A stretch of 63,798 nucleotides of DNA, counting the filler, from Intoshia linei (lineage: Eukaryota; Animalia; Orthonectida): assembly GCA_001642005.1 (NCBI GenBank). It is 7 parts of 7 records of this genome, joined end to end, with 100 filler letters (N's around TTAATTAATTAA, not from the genome) between each part and the next. Parts side by side here need not be neighbours in the genome. Positions count along the whole stretch, not along the records: positions 1 to 22,130 come from LWCA01000609.1; positions 22,231 to 30,958 come from LWCA01001424.1; 5 more parts are not named here. One strand, given 5' to 3'. Below the pieces are notes generated by a model. It saw nothing but the letters and a program-made list of their open reading frames with translations. It made no database searches and was not told where the DNA came from. This document shows, in pieces, positions 13,400 to 25,500 of the stretch (its first letter is position 1; each line of letters begins with the position of its first letter). A program made the translations under genes and the position numbers.

Positions 13400-13874
13400 C
13401 AGTGGTTCCCATTCAAAAAGTGTAGTAACCAGAAGATTTTTCCAATAAGGGATGGTAAAATCGTGTTTTTTAAAAAAATATTAGAAAAATGGGATTTTTT
13501 ATTTTCGGTTTTGGATTCAGAAATTGTTGCTGGTAAGATTTGGAAAATCATGTTTTTCAAAACAATATTGAAAAAGGGGGATTTTTTTTAAGGGATGGTA
13601 AAATCGTTTTTTAATAAAATACTATATAAAAAAATTGGATTTTCCCATTAAAAATTGAAAAATGAATTTTTTATTAAATTATTTTAATGGTGCATAAAGG
13701 GGCATTTTTGAAATAATAATGTAGCTGACGTCTAAGATTTTGGATAAATTCCCAGTATCTGACAACTCCTATAGTAAATATTAAAAATTCTATAAAAATA
13801 AATAAAACTTAATAAAATTTTTTATATATTTTATTTAAATTAAATTAAATTTGGACCCCAATCGGGAACCACTG
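13400..13874. mobile_element. hAT-type MITE between MCPH1 and MRPL51
   Basis: TIRs CAGTGGTTCCC / GGGAACCACTG; perfect 8-bp TSD cactaact (13392-13399, 13875-13882). Confidence 0.9.
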
Positions 13875-13960
13875 CACTAACTAAATAAAAATTAAATTAT
13901 CGCGTCTTCCAACATTTTCAATTTCAACACAATTTTATTGTTACCTATGCATAGATTGCA

Positions 13961-16234
13961 ATGAAAATTTTTTCGATGAATATTTTAAAAGGAATTAACA
14001 TTGTTCAATTTAATTCAAAAAATATTCATAAAGCAACAAAATACGCTCTTAATTTAACAGAAGAACAACCATATCGAAAACGATTACCATATAGACATGG
14101 ACTGAATTATAAATATCATAAGGGAGGTAATTTAATTGTGATTCAGGATACAGTACACTGCGTGTTTTTATTTATTAACAGATATTCCATCTCAAATGGT
14201 GATGAAACATAAACATTAAATTGAGTGTGCCACGTATCGAGTGTCTATACCAGTGTTTCCCAACCGTGGGTCCAGCACCCACTGGTAGGCATGACGAAAT
14301 TTTTGGTGGGGCTTGGGAAATATTACAAATTTATAGGATTATGAAAACTTTAGATTAATTTATTGTTAATTTTATACAATATTCTCAGGTTTATAAGTGG
14401 CTATGTGATACTTGAACCTATTAATTGTATTATTAGAATGACAAAAACAAATATATCTTTAATGATCGTGGGCTATTCAATTCAAAGTTAACTAAATTGA
14501 TGAGTATATGCAAAATTCGAAATTTGTAAAATTATTTGACTTTAACTACTTTTTCTAGGATTGCTTTGTTGCTATTTCCATCCTCTTATTTAGCAGAATG
14601 CGGGTTTAGACTTACTGACACAAAAAATAGACTACAAATTTCAAAAAGGGGAGATCTACGATTAAAGCTTACAACATTAGTACCTAATATTAATAAACTC
14701 TGTCAGAATCGTCAGGCTGGGAAACATTGGTCTATACCTATACTATATATCGGGTATCTACTAGACGCTGTCTACTGTATGTAGAAATATAATTTTGGAA
14801 GAACAAAAACTAAACACAATTTCCTAAAATCGTGTCTGTTTTGTCACGATGATTTAAGTGGTTTTAAAACTTGACTCTTTCTTAGGTAAACTGCCTAGAC
14901 CTACGGGTAGACTTGAAAATATCCCTGTAAGCGGTTTACCAGATTATGAATTGAAATTTAAAGATTCTTGGACCACTGAGAAGGCGAGTTTTGGAGAATG
15001 TGACTATATTGGTAATTTCAAAATAACCAAAAATGTATTTTAAATTGTAAAAATAGACATTCTTGGAGACGGCTTAGTGCAACCTACTGATTTGATTGAT
15101 GGACCTGAATATCTAATCGGATTTAAGGTTTCATGATATTAAAGTCATCGAAACCATAAAAATGTGTGGTTTCGGTAAATAAAATAAAAACTACTATAAC
15201 ATCATTGGGTCCTTTAGAATAAACTATATTGACTGCTATGTACTACGTACAAACAGCACCTAGCTCTGCCGAGGGCACATTTTTATTATACCAAAATAAA
15301 TTCACGTTGAAAATTTAACTTAAAAATCCTACTACAGTCAAAATCTCATTTAACGAATGTTTTGTTTAACGGATTCGAAATTTTATTTTCTGTATAAATG
15401 CCTAAATATCTGGTATTTAACGAATTTCTGATTAACGAACACGTAAATTCAATATTACTTTTATTTTTTTATGGTTTTAAATATTAGATCGATTCTTTTA
15501 TAAAGTCATGGAATCTTTTTATATAATAAAAATAATTTGTTAATTATTAATTATTTGTTCATATTGAATATAATTTTGATAAATTTAAGACGTGTTTGCA
15601 TTATTTGCTGCACACTGTGCACTAGCACATTTCTAATACAGTTACATTTCTAATATTTGCGTTAAATAGATTTTGACTGTATTCACTATTATCAATCCTT
15701 TAAAGTGAATCATTCCATCTTAATTTTTTTAACATTTGCGTAAAAAATTTTAAAAACAATTGTTATCTCATTTTTAATAAAAAAGGACAATGGGGCTTTT
15801 TGACATTAGTAAGATGTGTTTGGGAGGTTGAAATTTATTTTTCTAACATCCCCGGAAAAAACTAATAAAAATATGGACTTTATAAAATTCTAAGACTGGT
15901 AGTTATTGAAATAAACGGGAACACACAGACACACAAACGAATATTGCGTAGCATATTATATAAGTAAGGATATTAACATGTAAAATTACATTTTAAGTAC
16001 TTTTTAAAATTATAGGGAAATAAATTACAAAAACTGATTCGACGAATTCAATATGAAGGCACATATTTGCGAGAATATAAACCGACATTATATCACAGTA
16101 TAAACAAACAAATTTGGTATCTTTACAAACATTACAACATTCCGCGAAATAGACGACAGCGTGATTCTAATGAAAAACAAACGGGTATATCTCGAGTTGA
16201 AAATATCGACGGATTCACATGTGCATTTGAATGA
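13961..16234 (+). CDS. MRPL51: Mitochondrial ribosomal protein L51, 4 exons
   Basis: Exons 13961-14126, 14886-15011, 15057-15127, 16016-16234 splice in frame: DSWTTEKASFGECDYIDILG..GPEYLIGFKGNKLQKLIRR..INKQIWYLYKHYN, the MRPL51 signature. Confidence 0.9.
14251..14729 (+). mobile_element. Internally deleted hAT (Charlie/Buster-type) element retaining the transposase C-terminus
   Basis: TIRs CAGTGTTTCCCA / TGGGAAACATTG; perfect TSD gtctatac with central TA; peptide LLFPSSYLAECGF..RLQISKRGDLRLKLT. Confidence 0.9.
15224..15970 (-). mobile_element. Non-autonomous Helitron-like repeat (copy 1) in MRPL51 intron 3
   Basis: Family end ttgactgctatgtactacgtacaaacagcacctagctctgccgagggcac; the other end ..acagacacacaaac..taagtaagga reads as A|TC on the minus strand; sister copies keep the CTAG terminus; hairpin gtactacgtac. 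Confidence 0.65.
15335..15679. mobile_element. pogo/Tigger-type MITE nested in the Helitron
   Basis: TIRs CAGTCAAAATCT..TTTAACG / CGTTAAATAGATTTTGACTG; TA TSD; the empty site is visible in the sister Helitron near 47778. Confidence 0.85.
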
Positions 16235-16299
16235 AATTGTAAATTTATCATTAAATTTTTTATTAATTTAATTGAATTTTATTTGTAAATTGGTTTTTA

Positions 16300-19200
16300 T
16301 TAATTTCGGCCATTAAATTGACTATTGACGCCACTCACAGCTGCATTTGTTGCAGCTTGGCGTGCTGCTGGATTAGACATGACATTTGTGAAAAATTCAC
16401 CCTGAGCTTTTTGGAAACTGGCTTCAGAGTGTCGATAAAAGAAGTGAACCTAAATATATTAAAAGTAATCAATTGGTAAATTAAGAGCCGAACCTACCAA
16501 GCTTGAGGCCAACAATGAAAAAAATTTTGCGAATCATGCGTAGTGTCATATCTCTAGGCACCAGTCCAAGGGTCTTTCATATTTTAAATTTAGCTGACAA
16601 AATAGTTGATATTCAAGAATATAACTTTAAATTCTCACCTTGGAATTATTAGGCCCCTTTTCCAGAAAATTGCGTCTAGCTACGAAGAGAGTTTGGGTAC
16701 GGTCCAGTCGGCTCAGGGTATATAATTATAAGCCTTATTAACATGTAAATTTAATAACCTCCAATAAACATTATGTCAACTGTCAACTAAAAATTTTTTC
16801 CATCATTTATTTTTTATATAAAATTTCCTTCGAAAAATGACAAACCGTTCGAAAGAATTATTTCAGCCGATTCATCAAAACAAGAATAAAATATATACCT
16901 TCATTAAAATATAAACATTAGCAATGTTTAATATACCAAATAATACACCAGAAATGATCATCATAGTGCCGCTAAACTTGAGGGAACCAAGTTTACGAGA
17001 AGCCAGCGTAACTCCATAGATAACTCCACTAAAATAGCACGAGATTATTTATAGAAAAATATATTATACCTATAACCACTGCCTTCAACTCCAAACATAA
17101 TAACCACTAAAACAATAAAAAAACAAGCCGCAATAATAAAGAAACTGAAAAACATTAATGAACTGTCTTTTCTAAATTTAAAATTAATTTTTGTATTAGA
17201 TTATCGTTTCCAATGTTTCATTTCAATCATTCAGTATTATAAACTGGGACCAGTGGGGCTACAGTCATGAGGGGTAAATTTTAATTTTAATTTCAAATTA
17301 TTGAAATGTTGGGTGACAATTTCGTAAGTACATTCAAAAATTTTATACTACTAATCACTCTTAACGACCATCTCTAACAGCCAAAACAATTTGCGATGCA
17401 TACTAATACTTTAATCCAGTGGTTCCCGATTGGGGTCCAAAAATATATGCCTGTGATTGTGAGATTCAAATAAAAAATAGACTAATTTTTATAAAATAAT
17501 TTTTAATATTTATTACTGTTGGCAAATGTTGGAAATTTATCCTAAAGCCCAGACGACCGCTACATTATTAGTTAAAAATCCCTTTTTGTTATACCATTTA
17601 AAATTTAAATTTTTCAAATACAAATTTAATAAAGAATACAATTTCAAACCCTCATGGAAAATCGAATTTTACCGTTTTTTTTGGTCTTTTTATATCGATT
17701 TTTATTATTCTTTTCTAAATCACTTTAATATAACCACAAAATAAAAAATCCAATTTTATCAACAATTAATGGAATACTCCACTTTTTCTAATATTTTTTT
17801 GAAAAACATCATTATATCATATTGTATGATAAATAACTTCTTCATCCAAAAATAAAAAATACAATTTTACCAACCCTTAATGGAATGAAATCTGGAAACA
17901 CCCGTCGATAAAGCAATCTAGACTTTGTACAAGAGTACAAAATAAAGATATTAAAATAATAATAATTTACCTGAAAGCTCGATAAAGGGTTCTAAACCAA
18001 AAGATGTATGTCAGAGGTATAAACAATAAAAACCACAATATTGATAAACCGAAACCTAGTAATAATGTGATAGATTAAAATGGAAATATTGATTATACAG
18101 TTAAACATATAATAACATGTTAATTCCAATTTTCAATCACAACAAATCATCATACAGGTCACTCCAAATTTTCTAACGTAAACTATATCATATGTACATA
18201 TTTTGGGAGATCATGATTATGTGTCACTTCACTAGATTTGTGATAATCAACAATCTCGAAGCTACAGGTTTAAATCCAGAGATCTCGGATATTTACTCCT
18301 GTGAACGTAAAAAAATTTCTATCAAAAATATTTTATATATAAAGATGCAAAACACTATAATTTCTGAAATAATAAATTTTAAAGTAAAATTAAAACTATC
18401 TTGTCTACTCACTTTCGATTAGCAATTCATGATGAAAATAATTCAAAAAATTTTTCAATTAAATTATTTAGTTAATTAAACAATTAATATTCGCCTTAGT
18501 TTTATCATGTGCACTGTGCTTCAAGTACGTAAAATACAATTAAACATTCAACCTACTAGTCGCCCAATATCGACAACTGGAGTAAAATTTAGAAATCAAA
18601 AAATTGAAACTAAAATATACCAGATCCAGCATTATTGGTGCTAATACCGGCATCACTCCCAAGTGAAGCTCCAAAAGATATAACATTCCAAAGTATCGAT
18701 GTGGTTAATAATATAGAATAAGCTACAACATAAATATAATTAGATTTAACATATTATAAATAATAATAAATCATAATTAGATTAATCAAAATTACCCATC
18801 CAAACTCTGAACGCTAACAAAACAATAAATTGATAAGCAACGGGTATATCTATGCTAATATTTTGATAAAAAATGGGTCTAATGACACCACACGTAGGAA
18901 TAGGAGGAAAATTTGGTACTCTATCTAAATAATTAAAATTAACATGTATATGAGGTTCCCAGGTTGGTTCCAAATTGCATTTGTCCATATACTTTTAGTT
19001 TAATATAAATGATATAACAAATAACTTTGTCAATAAAAAAATTTTTTGATGTATTGCTTGCTCCGCAAAGTAACATTTAAAAGGTGCACCATCGCTCACT
19101 GAAATTAAATGGCATTTCGGGGATATACTCAGAAACTACTGTACTATACTCACCAGTGTGTGTTTTAATCCAACATGAAAAGCCTTTCATTTTTACAATG

Positions 19201-19668
19201 TTTAGTAATAATGGTCATATTACCATATGATTACAGGACAGAACCATTAAGACGTAAATGTAATTAACCTTTATCTGTTTGGCTTAATTCTGTAGTAGCT
19301 GGTATATCCACGTTGGTTTGTTCATAATTGGGAGCTGCCATGTTGTAAGGGTTATTACTTTGTTGATCCATATTTCCACTCAAACCATAATTCTGGTTGT
19401 TCTAAATGGGATAAAAACCAATCTATCGTCAGTAGATGAATCGTACAGACTGAAAGCTTAATTTTGACTCCTCCTTGGCTCTAGTTTCTTCTTCTATGCG
19501 CTTCATTTCCATTTCTCGGTTTTTGGCTTCAAGTTTTTCATTTTCTTCATTCTTTCGTCTTTCTTCTCTTTGCTAAATTGATCAATACAATAAGCCAGGG
19601 TTAAATAGCATATTTACTCTATATAAATCTTTAGGGTCTGCAAAAGGATCATCATCAAATTTAGACAT
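16300..19668 (-). CDS. SCAMP: Secretory carrier-associated membrane protein
   Basis: MSKFDDDPFADP start; [57 protein letters not shown] (E-peptide); C-terminus VHFFYRHSEASFQKAQGEFFTNVMSNPAARQAATNAA; GT-AG exons on the minus strand. Confidence 0.92.
17417..17900. mobile_element. Second, inverted copy of the 13400-13874 hAT MITE
   Basis: Begins CAGTGGTTCCCGATTGGGGTCCAAA, the reverse complement of the 13850-13874 end; internal similarity continues; far end degenerate. Confidence 0.75.
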
Positions 19669-19997
19669 AATTAAATAATAAAAATAAATTTCCAATAAAT
19701 GTTTCTAACGTAACATCCAAGGTAATGTTTACATTCGAAATGAGGATATATTAATTATTATTTCATCGATTTACTAACTAATTATACATGTACTTTATGT
19801 ATGTACCAATTTATTATTTATACAACATTCAGGGTTTTTTTATAAACAAAATTATTATATATGAAGCCCTTGAGTAGTGCCAAAATAGGAATATTAATTT
19901 TCCAATCAAGTAAACAACGTTTATTATCATAATATTTCAATCAATATTTGACTATAAACATTTTATTAAATATGTCACAATTTAAACATGTAGAATT

Positions 19998-22130
19998 TTA
20001 GTCCTGAAATTTAATAGAATGGACTTCTGTAGATATTTGACCTCCTCGATAATTTCCTTTTTTTTTCTTAGTCTTTTCATGTCGAAAAGATCTACCTTTT
20101 GTAAATTTCAATTTTTCATTAGCTTTCCATCCCCAGGATGTATTGGCACCACTCTGCAATAAAAAAATAAAAATTAGTCACTTAGAATAAAACCTTGTTA
20201 TCGAAAGAATTATCATTCGTAGCAAAATTTTTAGAATGAATAGTTTCTGTTTTAATTCGTTTGAAATGATTTAAACCCTAAAATGCAAAATATACTTAAA
20301 ATATAAAACAATAAAATACCTTTGAAATGTTCATTGACTCATTAGCAACTTGAGAAATATTTTGTCGTTTTATTCCAGACACATTTGCGTCACTTTCAAA
20401 ATTTTCACTAATTTTAGATTTAATTTTATGTTTTTTGAGTGGTGGTTCGTTATCTAAGTCAGAATCAGCCGAACTATCAGTATCATAAGGTATAACTGGT
20501 ATTTCATTTATAATTTTTGATTTAATTTTATTAATATCTTTGGCATTTTTATTTTTTTTAGGTGATTCTGTATTTTTTAATTCTACATCCGATAAGATTG
20601 AATCGGATAATACAAGTTTTAATTTTTTAGCCAATTTAGATGAAACTGTGATATTTTTTTTAGAATTTTTTTCAAATTTTATATTGGTGAAATTTCGTTT
20701 TTCATCATTAGAAGTAAAAAGTTTTGACTTTCTTATTGGTACTAATGGGGATTTTTCGTGTAAACTATCACTATCAAATGAAGAATCTATTTCCACTGTT
20801 ATTTTAGATTTTTTAAAATCAGCATTAGTTGACTTTTTAATGGTCGACTTAATAAGTTTTTTATCAGTATTGTCGTCGCTATCCAAACTTAAATCCGTAT
20901 TAATTGTTACTTTTGATTTCGAAGATTTTTTAAAATTAGATTTAATTTTTTTTGCAAATGAATCCATTTTACTATCGTCACTGTCTGATGTATATGAGTC
21001 TGTGTCTACTATATCTGACTTTTTAAACGTTTTTTTATTAATATTTTCCAATTTCCATTTGTTAGCATTTGATTTCGTAAAATTTATCTTGGCATGAGAT
21101 TTAGACATATTGAGTTTATTTTTGGTAATTGCTTTTTTTTGTGAAATAATGCCATTATCTGAACTAGACGAATAAGACTCTGACGCATTTTTTTCACTAA
21201 CATTAATACATTTAGATTTTATGAATTTCTTAGGTTCACTATCATCACTCTCCGAACTTGACAAGACAGATTCCACCGCAATTTTGGATTTACTAATATT
21301 TTTTTTGTTAACGTTAATAGATTTTGATTTAACTGCTTGTTTAAATTCACTGTCATCACTTTCAGAAGTTGATAAATCAGATTCTACCGTAACTTTAGAT
21401 TTATTCATATTGATAGATTTTGATTTAACAAGTTTTTTAGGCTCATTGTCGTCGCTATCTAAACTTGACGAATCCGATTTTACTGCAATTTTGGATTTAT
21501 TCAAATTTTTTTGATTCACTTTAATAGATTTTGAATTAACCAGTTGTTTAAATGCGCTATCATCATTGTCCAAACTGGAAAAATCAATCTTTGCTATAAC
21601 TTTTGATTTTGGCAAATCAACCTTGACCAAAGCTTTTGATTTAAGCAATTTTTTAGGTTCACTTTCATCACTATCCGAAGTTAACGAGTCAGATTCTACT
21701 GCAATTTTAGATACATTAATATTTTTCTTATCGGCATTAACTGATTTGGACTTAACAAATTTTTTAAGTTCCCTGTCATCACTATCCATAGTTGACGAGT
21801 CAGACTCTACTGCAATTTTGGATTTATTTAGATTCTTTTGATTTACATTAATAGATTTTGATGTAACGGGTTTTTTAGGTTCATTATCATCACTATCCGT
21901 ACTTGACGAATCTGATTCTACCGCAATTTTAGATTTATTCAAATTTATTTGATTTACTTTAATAGAGTTTGATTTAACGGGTACTTTAGGTAATCTATCA
22001 TCACTGTCCGAACTGAAAGAGTCAATCTTTGCTATAACTTTTGATTTTGGCAAATTAACCTTCAAAAGAGATTTAAATTTAACAGCTTTTTTAGGTTCAC
22101 TGTCATCACTATCCGAAGTTGACGAGTCAG
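19998..22130 (-). CDS. NOLC1: Nucleolar phosphoprotein Nopp140/SRP40; 5' end interrupted by a gap
   Basis: Alternating Ser/Asp and Lys-rich repeats; spliced C-terminal SRP40_C domain [46 protein letters not shown]. Candidate 5' exons at 22231-22370. Confidence 0.9.
21180..22130 (-). repeat. Coding tandem repeat of ~120 bp (40 aa) in NOLC1
   Basis: Unit [34 protein letters not shown] repeated about 8 times and running into the gap. Confidence 0.85.
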
Positions 22131-22230
22131 NNNNNNNNNNNNNNNNNNNNNNNNNNNNNNNNNNNNNNNNNNNNTTAATTAATTAANNNNNNNNNNNNNN
22201 NNNNNNNNNNNNNNNNNNNNNNNNNNNNNN
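22131..22230. other. Assembly gap linker (also at 30959-31058, 42941-43040, 48267-48366, 58392-58491, 62274-62373)
   Basis: Identical N44-TTAATTAATTAA-N44 spacer with stop codons in all six frames. Confidence 0.97.
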
Positions 22231-22550
22231 TTTTCGACTTATTTCCATTTATATAAATTTCGGTCGAGCCGGTGTTGACTCGGCCATATTTCATTAACTA
22301 CAATATAAAAAATTAATTATGTTTATTTATGTTTTATTCTCAAAATAAAGTTAACTCCCTTTATCTTCATTATTGTCAAGTGAACAATAATTAATTTCTA
22401 TATTTTGACATTTGCGCATATTTTGAATAAACAATATTTTTTTTATAATTTATTTACATTTTTATACATTGTATTTTTATAATGATTTACTAAACACAAT
22501 TGGCAAATTTAATTTGATTAATGATTTTGTACATTTGAAATTTGAATTCT

Positions 22551-25500
22551 ATGAAAAACGACACCAGTAATGAAATTCATGATACACATGTAAATTCTTT
22601 GGGTTTTGATGAAGATGCCGGTAATTTTTATGGTTTTATGTATCATAATTTATTGTATATGTTTTCTATTGTGTATTTTACCGTCCGTTTGGAGATTACT
22701 CTATAAGTTGCAATTTAATCGGTTTGAGAATTCTGTCTAAATCAGCGTTTCTAAAATTTATTACGTTTTTTACCAAATTTTTTTAAATTTTGCCTAATAA
22801 TTTGACTTTAATGGTCCGCGATAAATTTTATAATTTATACTTGTCCGCCGTAAAAAAAGTGTGGTAACTCCTGGTCTAAATGAATGTTTTACTAAATCAT
22901 AATTATTATATTATAATGGAAAAATCCACTTTTATCATTCAAAAAATACAAGGAAACTTTAAATTATATACGTTAATCTATAATTATAATCGACTATATT
23001 ATAATTTATTTAATTTAGGTGAAACCTGGCTTTATTCCAAAGATAAAGAATTTAGAACCTATCAATACAATATTGCTAGGACTGGGTTGCTTCACAATTC
23101 TCTGATAGTATTACCAACCGGATTAGGGAAAACGTTTATAGCTTCAATAATAATATATAATATACTACGATGGTGGCCAAACAAAGCAATGGTTTTTATG
23201 GCCCCAAATAAACCTTTGGTTCATCAACAATTTGAATCTTTTTTAGAAACCATTCCACTCGATGTTTCTCATGTATTCGAAATGAATGGTATGTTCATTT
23301 ATTTAAAAATAGTTGACTGTTATGTACCACGTACAAACAGAACCTAACTCTGCTTATGGCACATTTTTATTATACCAAAAAAATATATTAAAAAAAAAGA
23401 AAAAAAATCTCAAGTATTCAATTATATAAATTTTCACTCATATTTCTTTATTAGCAATGTGTAGACGTGTGGTGCACAACGTTCGGTCGTGAGAGCGTTT
23501 ATGTGCGCCCGTGGGCAATACATCTGATCATAATGCAATATATCATTTTACTTCAAATTGTTACTTCAAAAAGTTACATTCTTGACTTTTCCCCAGTTTC
23601 TCAAATGTTAGCGAAGGGCATAAAAAATCAAGACAGTCACTGATATTATTTTTTTATATCATTATTAATATTTACATATTTTTTTATGTATTCTACTCTA
23701 ATGTATCAACAAATCGGTTTTTAATGAAACTTTTTTTTGTTCAATTATAATTAATTATTTACCGGAAAATTAATGATTAATGTTTTTTCAATAAAATATT
23801 AGTAAAAGGAGATTTTTCAAATTTTTTTTAAATCAGGTTTTTTCTTATGTAATCAGTCAGAAGAATTATTGATCTAAAAATTTGGTAAAATGGGATTTTT
23901 TATAAAAATATTGGTAAAAGCGATTTTTTCCCTTAAGGGTTGGTAAAATTTGGTTTTTTTTCATAAGATTATATTAAAATGGATGATTTAGTGAAATATG
24001 TTGAAAATTGTAGATTCAGGCTACAATCATCTAAATTTTCGTATGCACCCCTTGGGGTTACCAGTCATTTCTATGAGAAGCACTGTATTAATCCTACTAT
24101 TTCTATTTATTCCGATTTAGATAAATGACAAATATCGTGTTAATTTATATGAGTAAATTAAGGATTAATTTTAATTGAAAATTATTAATTAAAACTTGCT
24201 GATATTAAAATTCAAAGAAAACTATTTTATTAGACCTAAAATTTAGGTCCAGAGTAAACTTTCTTAAATGAATTTTTTAAATGTCGAAGTAAATTTTGTG
24301 CGGCCGTAGTATCAATGAGAAAAGTAGCATTGTGGCTGAATTGGTGGAAAGGTTGTGCATCCCTGGTGGAGACATTCAATTCACATTTTTTTTCAATTTA
24401 CAAATTGTATGATGATTATTTACTTTTTCATTTTTAATTTTAATCCAACATTTGAAAAATATTGGTAGATAATATATATTAAAAATTATTTTTCACCGGT
24501 AATGCGTACATTTTTGGGGTTAAAATTGTGTATTTATATTAACTGGAATAAGCTGTATCAGAATAATTTTTTGTTTTAATTATACGACAGTTAATTATTT
24601 AAAATTTTTTAAAATTAAAATAATATAATAAAAAAATGCATACTAAAGTGCTTTTTTGACCATAAAGGCGTCACTTAATGAGATTGAAATTTTTTGTGTA
24701 TGTTAACTGGATATAACTATCTATGATTTTTTTAAATATCTAAAGCTGTTTTAATTTTTAAAAAAAAGGCTAATCTGGGTTTTTGATCATGAAAATTACC
24801 TTATTTGAGGTTACCATTCATGATAATGCTTATGAATTTTAAAACCATTCCGTAATTTATGTTGTATAAAATTATAAAACTTTTTTAATTTTTTACAAAA
24901 AAGGGTAATTTGTGGTTTTGGCCGTGAAGATATAAAAATTTGAAATTGAAAATTATCATAATATTGATGAATTTAAAACTTTTTATTAGAATATGTATTT
25001 TTAATAATTCTAGGACGGGTTTGAATTTAAAAACAATGGACAATTGTGGTTTTTAACCTTAAAGGACTCAATTTTTTAAATTTAAATTTGCGATAAAACT
25101 TCACTCTGGAAAAACTGTTATAGAAATATGGAATTTGTAAAACTTGAGTCGCTGTACTTTCTTAAATAAACTGGAACAAACAAACAGATATACATTTTTA
25201 ACCAAATTATTTTATACATATTATAATACAAATACATATAAGGATTTAAATTTTTTAAATGGTATTCAACGAAATGAAAGAATTAGCACTCAAGTTATTT
25301 GTTCATACAATCTATGTAGTAACCACTTACGCGAGGCTAGGACCGTTAGTGTCCAACGGTGATGTCCGTATGAAAAGGGTATGTCCCCGTATACATATAT
25401 ACTTTTTGTTGTCCCTATCTATTGTTGATTATCTGATTGAACGTTAAGCTAGTATCACCCTAAAATGTTTAATAATGTTTGTAATGCATTGACATTAAAA

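Noticed and set aside
20540-21841. Plus-strand ORFs of 91-185 aa
   Set aside because: Antisense shadows of the repetitive NOLC1 frame.
22131-22230. Recurrent TTAATTAATTAA palindrome
   Set aside because: Always centred in identical N runs; a synthetic six-frame-stop linker.
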